IMG/VR virus record: IMGVR_UViG_3300034022_000282
Location: 1 to 63,602 of that record
Source: a virus
Taxonomy: Duplodnaviria; Caudoviricetes
DNA: 63,602 nt
Reading direction: 5' to 3' (one strand)
Shown: positions 28,801-38,709 of the stretch, in pieces
Position numbering within the stretch: position 1 is the first letter of the stretch
Layout: each line of letters begins with the position of its first letter
Translations under genes and position numbers: made by a program
Notes under the pieces: model-generated
The model's database searches: none
Told to the model about the DNA's origin: nothing
What the model saw: the letters and a program-made list of their open reading frames with translations, nothing else

Positions 28801-31800
28801 TTTCTGACTTAGACAATCAAACTAAAGATATGCCTTTGTGGGAAAAGATTGGGTATTTAACTAATATAATTAGTCAAATAAAAACTCAAATTACTCCTGA
28901 ACAACTTCAAAAACTTAAAAACTTAGAAAGAAGTTTAACAACTCAAGTTGAAAGTTTAGTTGTAGCTAACTCTAAATCTTATGTATTAGTAGATATTATT
29001 AAAAAGTATTATGGTAAAAACCCTAAATTAATTTTTAATGATATTGTACAGTTAACAATTAAAGCTTCTGAAGATAAAACTTCTGCTTATGCTAAGTATT
29101 TAAAAGATTTTAATTTTTACAATCTTTTTGAAAAAATTATTAGCAATGAAGTTGAATTTAGGTTACCTGAAAATGTAACACATGAAATTTATAATCTTCA
29201 TAAACAAGTATTAGGTGTTAATAATTTAATTTCTATTATAGAAAGTGCTTACAACCCAGTAACAGAAGTAGTAACTGAAAATGCTATTGGTAAAGAAGAA
29301 AAAATAGTACCTTCTAATCAACAATTAGCAGCTATTCGTGATTTAGTTAAATTCTTATTTACTAAAAAACCTAATGTACCATTTGGTAACTTTGCATATT
29401 TAAAAGGATTTGCTGGTACCGGTAAAACTAATATTGTACTTAAGTGGTTTACAAAAGTTGCTGCTTTAAAACAAGAAGAAATATTTGCTACTGGGCACAA
29501 TGAAAATTCTGCTAAAGCAATTAATGACGCTATTGGAAATCCTAATGCAAAAACATTAGAAGAACTTAAATTTAAACTTGCTAATAATGAATTAGGTAAA
29601 ACTAAATTAATCATTATTGATGAGGTAAATGCTTTAAACAAAAATGAAATAATTGAAATTAACAGATTATTAGTATCTTACAATCAAACTAATAATACTG
29701 AAATAAAAATAATAGGTTTAGGTGATCCTAATCAGGTTACTGCTACAGGTGAAAATCCATTTTTATCTCCAGCATATACTGCTGGTTTAGAAAATGCTAC
29801 TATAATTACACCACTTACTATTCGTTATAGAAGTAATGTACAAGCAGTAGTAGATGCTCAAGATTTGTTTATGGATCAAAAGAAAGATTTAACTAAACAA
29901 GAAATCTTTTTAACTTCTAATTCTGAAAAAACTTTAGGTGCAGAAGGGTCATTACAATCAGATAGCATTAAACAAGCTTTAGCACAACGTGATTTAAACG
30001 ATGGTAAAACTAGAGCTATAATTGTACATCCTAGTGAAGTAGAAATGTGGAAAGCTGAAAACTTAGGTGTTGAAGTGGTTTCATATATTGATGTTCAAGG
30101 TAGAACTATAGATGAAGTATTTGTAAGTATACCTAGTACTAAGTTTGGTGATTCATTTGCATTTAACCAAGCTATGTATACAGCTACTTCACGTGCTACA
30201 AGTTTTATACATATTAACGGCATGGCATCTAAAAATGTAACAGATGAAAACGTTAATAAAATTACAGATAAAAACGTTAAAGCTATACAAGAATCTAAAA
30301 TTAAATTTGAAGAAGACCGTGTAGCTGAAATGAAACAAATAGATGATTCTATTGAAATTAAACCTCTAGTTAAACCTCAAGAAGAAGTAAAAGAAGAAGA
30401 AGAGGAAGAAGTTGATTTAGAATTAGAACCTGAATTAATACCTATAACACCTGAAGAAGAAGTAGAAATACAACCTACTTCAGCTGAAGTGTTAAATCTT
30501 AAATACCCTAATAACAAATCATTAAAAGGTAATACTCAAAATGGTAAAGATGTACCAGCTGTAAAACCAGGTGAAGAAGTAATTTATGTACCTTTTGAAA
30601 ATAAACAAGGTAATAAATCTATTGGTGTATTTGTAAATAGAAATGGTGATTATTTAGAAATAGGTGTGTTATCTCAACAAGAATTAGATAATCCTCCTGC
30701 AAATAAAATTGATTTGTTTAATAAGTTTAAAGAAGCTTTAAAAGGTCCTATAACTAAATTTACAATTAATAATGAAACAGGTTATCTAAATGTTTCTAAT
30801 ACTAGTAGTTTAATTACATTAGCTAAAGGTAAAGTAGAAAATGTTTCTAAACTTAAAATGATTTACAAAGCAATTTCTGAACCTTTTAATTGGCAAAATA
30901 TTCTTACTAAATTTAGAAAAGGATTTTTTACAACTGCAGAAGGAGATGCTGCACAATTAGAAAAGAGTCAAATTAGAGTGTTTACTACTAATGAAATAGC
31001 TCAATTAAAAAGTAAAGGGGTTACTTTTCCATTAACTGCAGGTAGACCTTACATAATGATTGTAAACCCAATACAAGCTACTGGTCAAACAGCTATACCT
31101 CAATTTATAGAATTAGAAAGAAAATCTTTAAACAAAGATGAGCATAGTTTTATTACAGCCCCTATTTATGATTTTATAGCCAAGTATGAGCAATTTAAAG
31201 ATGCATTTAGTGAATTAGACTCTAATGAATTAGCTGATTTAATTACAGCTACTGATGAGTTTTTACCTACATTAATTGATAAATTAAATGGTAAATACAA
31301 AAAGAAATTTAATTTAGCTAATCCTATTTTAGAATTACGTAAAGAAATTAACAACTTACTTTATACTGAATTAACTGAACAAGATCTTGTAATTAAAAAA
31401 GGAATGAAAGTTAAAAACCTTGCTATTCCTTTTACTAAAAAAGATAAAAATAACAATACCGTAGAAGTTAATGGTGTAGTTGTAAAAGTTAAAGAAGATG
31501 AAGTTGATGTTAAAGTAGAAAATGAAGTTGTAACTGTTAAGTTATCTGATTTACAACCTGTAGTAAAACGTAAACCTGGACCTGCTCAAAAAGCATTTAA
31601 TATTATTGCTCAAGGTAATAATACAGCTGCTGGTTACACTATACGTTTAAATTACAATGCTAACGGTACCCTTTTATCTAAAGCTAAATCTTTGTTACCA
31701 AAAACTGAAAATTTAACTGTAGACCAAATTATAGAAAAGTTTAAAGCAATGAGTTCATTTAAACAACAAAATGTTTTAAACAAATTTCAAGAAATTTATG

Positions 31801-34800
31801 GCCGTCCTGTAGATATAACTAGTGAAGAAGATATAATTAATATTAACAAACTTGTTTCTAATACAATGTCTTATGATCAATTATTAGAAATTTTTAAAAC
31901 ATCTGATAATAATAATATTTCTACTTTAAGAGTACCTGTTCAATTTGAAACAACATTTGATGAGGCTGGTCAAGCTATTAAAGTAGCTTATAATGAAAAT
32001 TATATTCCTACTAAATATGATTCTTTATTTTTTGAAGATAAATTAGAATCTGTGCAAGCTACATCTGCATCAGTTACAATAGAAGAACCTTCTACTGGAA
32101 ATACACCTCCTCCAAATAATACTCCTCCAAGACCTAAGACTACTACTAGATTAAGAGCCTTATTAAAATCTGTAGATAAGCAATTAGGTAAAAAGTTTAA
32201 AACTAAAGACATCTTTGCATATTTAAAATCAATTGATAAAACTTTAACTCCGGAACAAGTTCGTTTTGTATCTGCTTCTGAGTTAATGATTTTATCTGGT
32301 GGTAAAGATACTTGGGGATTCTTTAAAGATGGTATTATTTATCTTGAACAAGATGAATTTGGTAAAGCTTATGAAAATGTAGCTAGACATGAATTGTTTC
32401 ATAAAATCTTTGATATGATGTTAACACCATCACAAAGAAGATTAGTATATGCAAAAGCTATTGAAGAATTTGGGTTACCACAAAATACTGATTTAGAAGC
32501 TATAGAAGAACTATTAGCTGAAAAATATCAAGAGTGGAGAAATAATAGTCCTATGTCTTCGTTTTTTACAACTTTATTTAACCGTATAAAAAGATGGTTA
32601 GGTATGAATGTAAACATAACACCTACTATTGATTCATTTTTCCAAATGGTAGAAGCTGGTTATTTCTCAGAGCAAGATAACGTTGGTGAAACTAATAAAG
32701 GGTATAATGACATTTTAAAAGATTTTGATAACATTCTTAACTTTAAAAATGCTAAACTATTTATAATTAGTAAACTAAACGATTTAAAAAATCAAGAATT
32801 AACTGAAGATTATTTAGAAAAATACAATACAACTACTAGCTTAGAAAAATTAGAATTAATATATACTTATGCTTTAGAAGATTATTCTGAGTTAATAAAA
32901 AAATCTGCAACAGAAGAATTAACTGAAGAAGAAAAAGTAGATTTAATGTTTTTAGCTAAAGTTATAGATCGTAAAGTCTATAATAGTTTAATTGAAGATA
33001 TGTTTGAAGGTATTAACTTAGATAAAGTTAATAAAGATGAAATTATATCTACAGATTGGACAGATGATATTAGAGATGCAGAAGAAGTAAATCAAGAAAC
33101 TAAAATTTCTCAATCTGTAAAACAGTTTTTATCTACTATTATTAACCAAACTGAAAATAAACAAGTATCTCCTAAGTTTGCATTTTTAACTGTTCTTGAA
33201 ACGTTTTCAAACATTAACACGTCAACTGAAACAATATTTAAATCTGAGTTAATAAACAGGTTTAAAGAATTTTATGTTAAAAATACAAATGTTGGTGCTA
33301 TTCAAAATAGTATAGACAATTTACTTAAATGGGCTTATTTAGATATTTACAAAGAAATAAATTTAAATCAAAAGTTTGATTTTGTTACACCTAATTTATT
33401 TAAATCTGAAGATAACAATTATTTAAGTAGAAGAGGTAATGAATCAAATAAAGATTTTTTTGCTAGGATTATAGAAAAAAATCCTACAGAATTAAAATTA
33501 CTTAACGTATTGTTTTTAAGAGCTGACGCTAGAAATAACTTAAATGAGTTATATGCTCAAGCTGGGTCATTGTATTCTCAAAATGTAATGTACGGTGAGT
33601 ACAGAGGTTTTGGTGAAGATTACAAACAATCATTTAAAAATGCTATTGTTGAAGCTGAAATTTCTACTGAACGTGATAACTTAGCAGATTCATTTATTCA
33701 AAGAGCACAAGGATTAGATTCAAACTTTAATACTAGATTAAATAATGCTTCTAAGACTAAAGATTTAAATAAACGTAGGCAGGAAGCTATTACTTTATTT
33801 AGAGAGATGTTTTTGTATGAACCTAAGAATGTACAAGACGATAACGTAAATGACTTAATTAAAAAGATGTCAACGTTATATGAGTATTATAAAACGTTTA
33901 AAGGTGAAGATGCTCAAGAAAATTTTCAAGATAAACTAGTAACTGACTACAACGGGTTGTTGTCTTCAATTGCTAAAGACCATTTAGTATCTGCAGAAAC
34001 TAACATTAGAAATCCTAATTACAGAAGAACAGATGGTAAAACAGCTTACAAATTTACTTTATCATCTTTTGCTGTTAACACTATACAATCGTTAATAAAA
34101 AATGTTAACGTACCTGCTTATTTAAAAACTGATTTTTACAAACAAAACATATTTTTAAATGGCCTATCTAAAATTTATAACTATGTAAATTTTGACGGTG
34201 TTGTAGATGAAGATAGAAACACGGATTCTGTAAGATACAAATCTGAAAATGAATCAGATTGGTTTAGACGTAACTTTAATTATTTCTTTTTAGCTTTTGA
34301 TAACGATAACATTAAAACTAAAACTACTTATTTACAACAGTTTGTAACAATATCTAATAAACCAAACATTATAGCTGCTGAAGTAAATATATTAGATTGG
34401 AATTTAATAGAACGGTCTGTTATGTCTATTTTAAACCAACAGTCTAGTAGAAATTTTAGTAATGTTAAAATAGATAATACTTTAAACATATTTGAACCTC
34501 TAGTAGCACGTCAAGAAAATGAAACTAATGCTCAATATGCTAAACGTATTATGGAAACTTTTAAATCTAAAGAGGGTTTAACTGAGTTATTAAATACTGA
34601 TTCAAAAATTGACGTTAAAAAATTAGATGCTTTAGCTGAAAAATTTACTAACAAAAATGTTAATGAACTTACTAAATTATTTTATGCTAATTTCTTTATT
34701 AACTTACATCAATTAAACCAAATTGTTGCAGGTGATGAATCGTTCTACAAAAACTCATTTGATGTTGTAAAACGTATGTCAATAGCTTTTGCTACTGGTT

Positions 34801-37800
34801 ACAAAGGAATGGTTAACGACATATTTGGATTACCTAAATATTACAAAACATTAGTATTAGACGATATTGAAGGAGTATTAGGTAAAGATTACAATAAATA
34901 CAAAGAAATAGTAGGTAAAACATTTGAGTTAACTGATGCTCAAGGATTTATGACTGTTAAAAGAGCTGAACAATTAAGAAGAGCTTATGGTACAGCATTT
35001 AATTTTGGATCAGTTATTAAACCTGTTCATTTTGAAATTGATGAAAATGGTATACCAAGAGCAGTTAAATATTCATGTGTTGAGTTAACTCCTGAATTAT
35101 GCGCTATGTTTCCTATATTAGATAAACTTAGATTAACTTTAGAAAATAATGAAATTGATGAAGTTGCATTTAAATCTGCTATTAAAGTAGGTAGACCTAA
35201 AAATATTCAAAAAACATTAGCTGATGGTAGCATCGATACTGTAAATGCTGATAGTGTTCTTACTTTACAAAATAATAATTACAGAATACAAAGTAATCCA
35301 GAACATGATGTTGATGGTCAAGAAGTAGCATTTCCTACACAGTTAGGTTATTTTTATAACTTTAGTGGTTTAAACAACGATTTAGCAGATAAACTATTTA
35401 AAGCCCAAGAGTTTTTAATTAAAAATGGTTTAAATGACATACTTAAAAGATTAGGATTATCATCTAAATTATTAGAAGGTGAATCTTTAGAACTTACACA
35501 AAATAAGCAAAGAGATAACCTACGTAAAAAACTAATAAATGAGCAAGCTGATGAAAGAGATCAAAGGCAAAATGAATTTTATGCTAACCCTAAATTAGGT
35601 ATTAATACTCCTTTTTTAGTTAAAAAAGCTATTACAACAATGGCTTCTATGTTTAAAAAAGCTACTGTTGCTATTAAGTTACCTGGAGCCGGATTAGTAT
35701 TACAGTCTGCATATGGTACAGCTATATTTAAAGATGCTGAAGGTAATGAAATAGAAAGACCTTTAAAATGGAGAGATGCTGAAGGATACGCTGAAGTAAT
35801 TTTACCAGATTTTTGGCAAGATAAATTTAAAATTGGTGATAGTATTTTATTTGATACTATGGTTGGTTTTAGGATTCCTTCAACTGAATTACATTCTGCA
35901 GTACCTTTAAAAGTAGTAGGTTTTTACCCTAACAACAAAAACGTAGTAATTGCACCACCGGAAATTGTATTTTTCCACGGTTCAGATTATGACGTAGATA
36001 AATTGTATGTAATGAGGAGAGAAATCTATGACAAAGAAGTTTATTCTTCAACTGGTAAACTTATAAATGACCCTAATGTTCCTGTAGGTTACAGTGGTAT
36101 TAATTTTGATGAAGAATTTGCAGAAGTATTAAAATTAGAAATTGCAGATTTTCAAAATAAAATTAACACAGCTAAAAATACAAATGATGCCGATGCAATA
36201 AAAGGTGCAAAAGAAAAACTAAAAGAACTTAAAACACTTCAAGATATTTACTACAAAAACTTTATAGTAGATTTATTTGTAAAAGTAACTACAGCTAAAG
36301 TAAACGAAAACCTAATGATGGCTCCTATTTCAATGGAAAGATTTAAAGGTGTAGGTGTAGATACTGAAGATTCTACTTTTGATTTAGTAGCTAGATTAAA
36401 AGGTTTTAAAGAACCTAAACCTAACTTTAAAGATTTTACAACTTTAGAAAGTTATAAAAATGCTATAGAAGAATGGAAAGATAAAAGAGATGCTGTAATT
36501 TATACTACACGTAGTTTGTACGATTTAAATGATCAAATGTTAATGCATAAGGATAATTTTAGTGGTACCAAACTTACAGGTAGTTTTGCTAACATGGCTA
36601 AAGTTATAGCTTACTTTTTCCAATCTACTACAAATGGTGAATACCCTCAACTTAAAGAAAGCTATCATATTAGTTTAAACGGTGAAACTTATACTGGGTA
36701 TGATTATTATGAAAAAACTAAAGAGGTATTAGTAACATATGACTCTGATGGTAATCCGGTTTATAAAAAACCTTCTATTACTGAAACAATAGATTCATTA
36801 GTAAATGCTGCTATTGATAACGTAAAAGAACAAATACTTCCTGTAATTGGTTTTACTAACAATACTGGTGGAGCTGCAGTATCTATGATTTCAATGGGTA
36901 TACCTTTAAATCAAGTAGTGTTAACAATGTTACAACCTGCAGTTGATGTTATTAATAGATACAATAGTTATTCAATTGGTTATAGTGCTGCTTTAACAGA
37001 ATTAAAAGTAGCTTATGCTAAAAATTTAAAAGCTGATTCTTTTGAAACATTAACTGAAGATCAAAAACTTGCATTTGATGATAAATTACCAGAAGTAAGT
37101 GACGCTAAAATGACTAATGCATACGGTAAAAACATAGCAGATATGACTACCGAGGAGATAAAACTTCAAGTAGCTGTATTAAAAGATGTTTTAAATAAAG
37201 CAAATAATGCATCTGATTATATAACTACGGCTAGTACTGCTTACAGTGTGTTAAAAGAATTTCCTGTAGATTTCCCTGGTATGGAAAATGTATTAGAAGC
37301 TTTTGATAAAATGTGGGTAGAGGGTACTGTTACAGATCCTGAAACAGGTAAAGAAGTAAGTGTAAATGAAGCTTCTGAAACGTTTCCATTTACTAATGTA
37401 ATGCCAACTAAGCTACCACATATTGATGCTGCATTTAAAACGTTAAAAGCTTTAAAAAGTAAAACTGAACATTTGTTTTTTGTTCATTATAAAACTTTAC
37501 AAAACTTTTCAAACTCTGCTTTAGAAAAGTATAACTTAAAACTTAAACGTTCTACTAAAACTAAAGAATTAACTGCTAAATTTAGAGAAAGATTTTTACA
37601 GTATTTTATGTCAGGTCTTACTTTTACTACTCCGGAAGGGTATAATATTAGTTTAGACACATCTAAAGAACCTGTTTATACTGACGCCAGAGGTAAAGAA
37701 TATACTGGTATGGATGCTTGGTTAAGAAGTTTTTCTGATCAAATAAGAGAAATAAAGAAAGCTAATCCAAATAACAAATTTTTACGTAAAATTAGTATAG

Positions 37801-38708
37801 GTAAAAAATACAAATTAAACTTTTCTACAGGTAAAAATTTAACTCAAGAAGATTTTGTGGATTTGCAATTAGAATTTGATAAATTAAAAGTAGATGGCCA
37901 ATTTACTGAGTTTCAATATAATTTAGTAAAATACTCTATCTTACAATCAGGTTTGTCTTTTGGTTCTAACACATTTTCTCTTATATTACCTAGTGCTATT
38001 TATGAGCCATTTATGGAAACATACAATGATGTAATGTCTAAGTATACTGCAGATTCAGAAGCATACAATGTTCTTTTAAATAAAGTACAAGATAATTTTT
38101 TAGTTCAATACGCTATTAACAATGCTAAAGAATCTGTTAGAAACATAGATCCTAAAGATACCGAAGAAGGCAAAGAAAGAAGTATTTTAATATCTAAAGA
38201 CAATATATACATGGGTGAAAATCCACCTATATTTGTAAGAAGTTACAGTACTTTATATACTTTATTAGATTTAGATCCTAGAAAACCTGATAAATTTGTA
38301 TATGGTAGAGTAGGAGATTTTAATCAAATTTCTGGTTATCAATTTAATACAGATATAGTTGATGGTAATTATGATTTAAAATCTGCATTTAGTATTGATA
38401 TACCTACTGTTTCTGTAACAAATAATGTGTTAAAAAATGGTATCTTTGAATCTAGAAAAGAATATAGTGTAGGCCAAAAAATTAGATTAGTAAATTATTC
38501 TGATTACACTAGAATGAATTTAGTTGAATATACTGTAACTGAAAAAACAGAAAAAAACAATGTGTATACTTACAAATTGTCTGATTCTCAAGATGTTAGT
38601 TTAACTTTAACTGATTCTCAAATAATATCTAGTGAAGAATATAAAAAATTAATTGAAGAGGGTTATACTGGAGAAGCAGCATTACAAAAAATAAAAAATA
38701 AATGTTAA
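25842..38708 (+). CDS. giant virion RNA polymerase (two-barrel, crAss type) fused to SF1 helicase and zincin domains
   Basis: 4288 aa; catalytic GSDYDVDK (35985-36002), TDAQGF, FRIPST; HELFH (32388-32402); GFAGTGKT/IIIDE/GDPNQ/YTATSRA. Confidence 0.9.
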   Translation: MPNLSELLDEYNKGIQKNKSLISPEEMNVGFGLAKEQDIPFSSKDLGQSIYEEVENRRSRNQGAWETVGIGAARLAGKTLTKTAEGAGFIAGLVGDALGNAVGLDTNTDTYKKEGDTSLGGNLSAWIAGAADNGLATLASDMEQKLEDITPLYNSLEDRAANKMNVFNNLMDGDFWAGDAVDATAFLLSAYLTGGAVAEAKIGQGLVKGLAKKGLMSGNLNKVANATNHFTATALQTASESMFESKELRDNLREQIAEERYGANFDFLSPEQQKEINVEVAPAAAKSFGLNMLLLAPSNALEMKNLMKSSSRITGKTKGLGSKGLQTIEEVTGDINLPFDMSLPTSKIPYLGAGVKAVNKFGSTRAGSILSAQANSILSEGLYEENAQLAVSEMLKVNRDADLFSLSTYGDIGSKMSENFETEEGKKSMLLGSLVGGISGTMGGVKDYNANKKKQDSAIEYTGKELANMFSVNNVYETEEYTQDVDGKPVVKTKYKLDENGQPIVDQNKLQAVLKQKQEFEFLDDVATLAEEKGDDVLYGLAKNNAINRWIKSHFATGSEDLLEGKIEYLQNLSDEEYLKQGLNPAEKGQYIANIRNKISEFTKLSKNIENNLVAMDNSKVGSQNFKARKNELYNIGTVLNDVKDEKNRLLLEQAEINSDEQSQTLNAKRSAYIDLKVKELTEAENKYKEEFNKLGNLNTGQKYFDNDYKKSITQKVNSFNFQSGNLDQFNAFENSKLYKSGLELKAKNIENDFFEQGTQERIENGEDATAIVDDLVADNVPVTQETKNLLESKLNSEKELIEEISSYVEQMQNGLEPDPLSPAAQELNNSFNDNFDAFNEYSNKIQSALNNLTNLPLATKMDTSKKAIKAKILESFTNMVNSIVFVASNNEDYENVSEIENAIKSLENTIKILEEKKDSEYDDVIANYKNILKELKDLEAVVKERAADKQKQQEKIATQSLELQEDSVASVPELITLVSDITGLDVSDLDNQTKDMPLWEKIGYLTNIISQIKTQITPEQLQKLKNLERSLTTQVESLVVANSKSYVLVDIIKKYYGKNPKLIFNDIVQLTIKASEDKTSAYAKYLKDFNFYNLFEKIISNEVEFRLPENVTHEIYNLHKQVLGVNNLISIIESAYNPVTEVVTENAIGKEEKIVPSNQQLAAIRDLVKFLFTKKPNVPFGNFAYLKGFAGTGKTNIVLKWFTKVAALKQEEIFATGHNENSAKAINDAIGNPNAKTLEELKFKLANNELGKTKLIIIDEVNALNKNEIIEINRLLVSYNQTNNTEIKIIGLGDPNQVTATGENPFLSPAYTAGLENATIITPLTIRYRSNVQAVVDAQDLFMDQKKDLTKQEIFLTSNSEKTLGAEGSLQSDSIKQALAQRDLNDGKTRAIIVHPSEVEMWKAENLGVEVVSYIDVQGRTIDEVFVSIPSTKFGDSFAFNQAMYTATSRATSFIHINGMASKNVTDENVNKITDKNVKAIQESKIKFEEDRVAEMKQIDDSIEIKPLVKPQEEVKEEEEEEVDLELEPELIPITPEEEVEIQPTSAEVLNLKYPNNKSLKGNTQNGKDVPAVKPGEEVIYVPFENKQGNKSIGVFVNRNGDYLEIGVLSQQELDNPPANKIDLFNKFKEALKGPITKFTINNETGYLNVSNTSSLITLAKGKVENVSKLKMIYKAISEPFNWQNILTKFRKGFFTTAEGDAAQLEKSQIRVFTTNEIAQLKSKGVTFPLTAGRPYIMIVNPIQATGQTAIPQFIELERKSLNKDEHSFITAPIYDFIAKYEQFKDAFSELDSNELADLITATDEFLPTLIDKLNGKYKKKFNLANPILELRKEINNLLYTELTEQDLVIKKGMKVKNLAIPFTKKDKNNNTVEVNGVVVKVKEDEVDVKVENEVVTVKLSDLQPVVKRKPGPAQKAFNIIAQGNNTAAGYTIRLNYNANGTLLSKAKSLLPKTENLTVDQIIEKFKAMSSFKQQNVLNKFQEIYGRPVDITSEEDIININKLVSNTMSYDQLLEIFKTSDNNNISTLRVPVQFETTFDEAGQAIKVAYNENYIPTKYDSLFFEDKLESVQATSASVTIEEPSTGNTPPPNNTPPRPKTTTRLRALLKSVDKQLGKKFKTKDIFAYLKSIDKTLTPEQVRFVSASELMILSGGKDTWGFFKDGIIYLEQDEFGKAYENVARHELFHKIFDMMLTPSQRRLVYAKAIEEFGLPQNTDLEAIEELLAEKYQEWRNNSPMSSFFTTLFNRIKRWLGMNVNITPTIDSFFQMVEAGYFSEQDNVGETNKGYNDILKDFDNILNFKNAKLFIISKLNDLKNQELTEDYLEKYNTTTSLEKLELIYTYALEDYSELIKKSATEELTEEEKVDLMFLAKVIDRKVYNSLIEDMFEGINLDKVNKDEIISTDWTDDIRDAEEVNQETKISQSVKQFLSTIINQTENKQVSPKFAFLTVLETFSNINTSTETIFKSELINRFKEFYVKNTNVGAIQNSIDNLLKWAYLDIYKEINLNQKFDFVTPNLFKSEDNNYLSRRGNESNKDFFARIIEKNPTELKLLNVLFLRADARNNLNELYAQAGSLYSQNVMYGEYRGFGEDYKQSFKNAIVEAEISTERDNLADSFIQRAQGLDSNFNTRLNNASKTKDLNKRRQEAITLFREMFLYEPKNVQDDNVNDLIKKMSTLYEYYKTFKGEDAQENFQDKLVTDYNGLLSSIAKDHLVSAETNIRNPNYRRTDGKTAYKFTLSSFAVNTIQSLIKNVNVPAYLKTDFYKQNIFLNGLSKIYNYVNFDGVVDEDRNTDSVRYKSENESDWFRRNFNYFFLAFDNDNIKTKTTYLQQFVTISNKPNIIAAEVNILDWNLIERSVMSILNQQSSRNFSNVKIDNTLNIFEPLVARQENETNAQYAKRIMETFKSKEGLTELLNTDSKIDVKKLDALAEKFTNKNVNELTKLFYANFFINLHQLNQIVAGDESFYKNSFDVVKRMSIAFATGYKGMVNDIFGLPKYYKTLVLDDIEGVLGKDYNKYKEIVGKTFELTDAQGFMTVKRAEQLRRAYGTAFNFGSVIKPVHFEIDENGIPRAVKYSCVELTPELCAMFPILDKLRLTLENNEIDEVAFKSAIKVGRPKNIQKTLADGSIDTVNADSVLTLQNNNYRIQSNPEHDVDGQEVAFPTQLGYFYNFSGLNNDLADKLFKAQEFLIKNGLNDILKRLGLSSKLLEGESLELTQNKQRDNLRKKLINEQADERDQRQNEFYANPKLGINTPFLVKKAITTMASMFKKATVAIKLPGAGLVLQSAYGTAIFKDAEGNEIERPLKWRDAEGYAEVILPDFWQDKFKIGDSILFDTMVGFRIPSTELHSAVPLKVVGFYPNNKNVVIAPPEIVFFHGSDYDVDKLYVMRREIYDKEVYSSTGKLINDPNVPVGYSGINFDEEFAEVLKLEIADFQNKINTAKNTNDADAIKGAKEKLKELKTLQDIYYKNFIVDLFVKVTTAKVNENLMMAPISMERFKGVGVDTEDSTFDLVARLKGFKEPKPNFKDFTTLESYKNAIEEWKDKRDAVIYTTRSLYDLNDQMLMHKDNFSGTKLTGSFANMAKVIAYFFQSTTNGEYPQLKESYHISLNGETYTGYDYYEKTKEVLVTYDSDGNPVYKKPSITETIDSLVNAAIDNVKEQILPVIGFTNNTGGAAVSMISMGIPLNQVVLTMLQPAVDVINRYNSYSIGYSAALTELKVAYAKNLKADSFETLTEDQKLAFDDKLPEVSDAKMTNAYGKNIADMTTEEIKLQVAVLKDVLNKANNASDYITTASTAYSVLKEFPVDFPGMENVLEAFDKMWVEGTVTDPETGKEVSVNEASETFPFTNVMPTKLPHIDAAFKTLKALKSKTEHLFFVHYKTLQNFSNSALEKYNLKLKRSTKTKELTAKFRERFLQYFMSGLTFTTPEGYNISLDTSKEPVYTDARGKEYTGMDAWLRSFSDQIREIKKANPNNKFLRKISIGKKYKLNFSTGKNLTQEDFVDLQLEFDKLKVDGQFTEFQYNLVKYSILQSGLSFGSNTFSLILPSAIYEPFMETYNDVMSKYTADSEAYNVLLNKVQDNFLVQYAINNAKESVRNIDPKDTEEGKERSILISKDNIYMGENPPIFVRSYSTLYTLLDLDPRKPDKFVYGRVGDFNQISGYQFNTDIVDGNYDLKSAFSIDIPTVSVTNNVLKNGIFESRKEYSVGQKIRLVNYSDYTRMNLVEYTVTEKTEKNNVYTYKLSDSQDVSLTLTDSQIISSEEYKKLIEEGYTGEAALQKIKNKC

Positions 38709-38709
38709 A

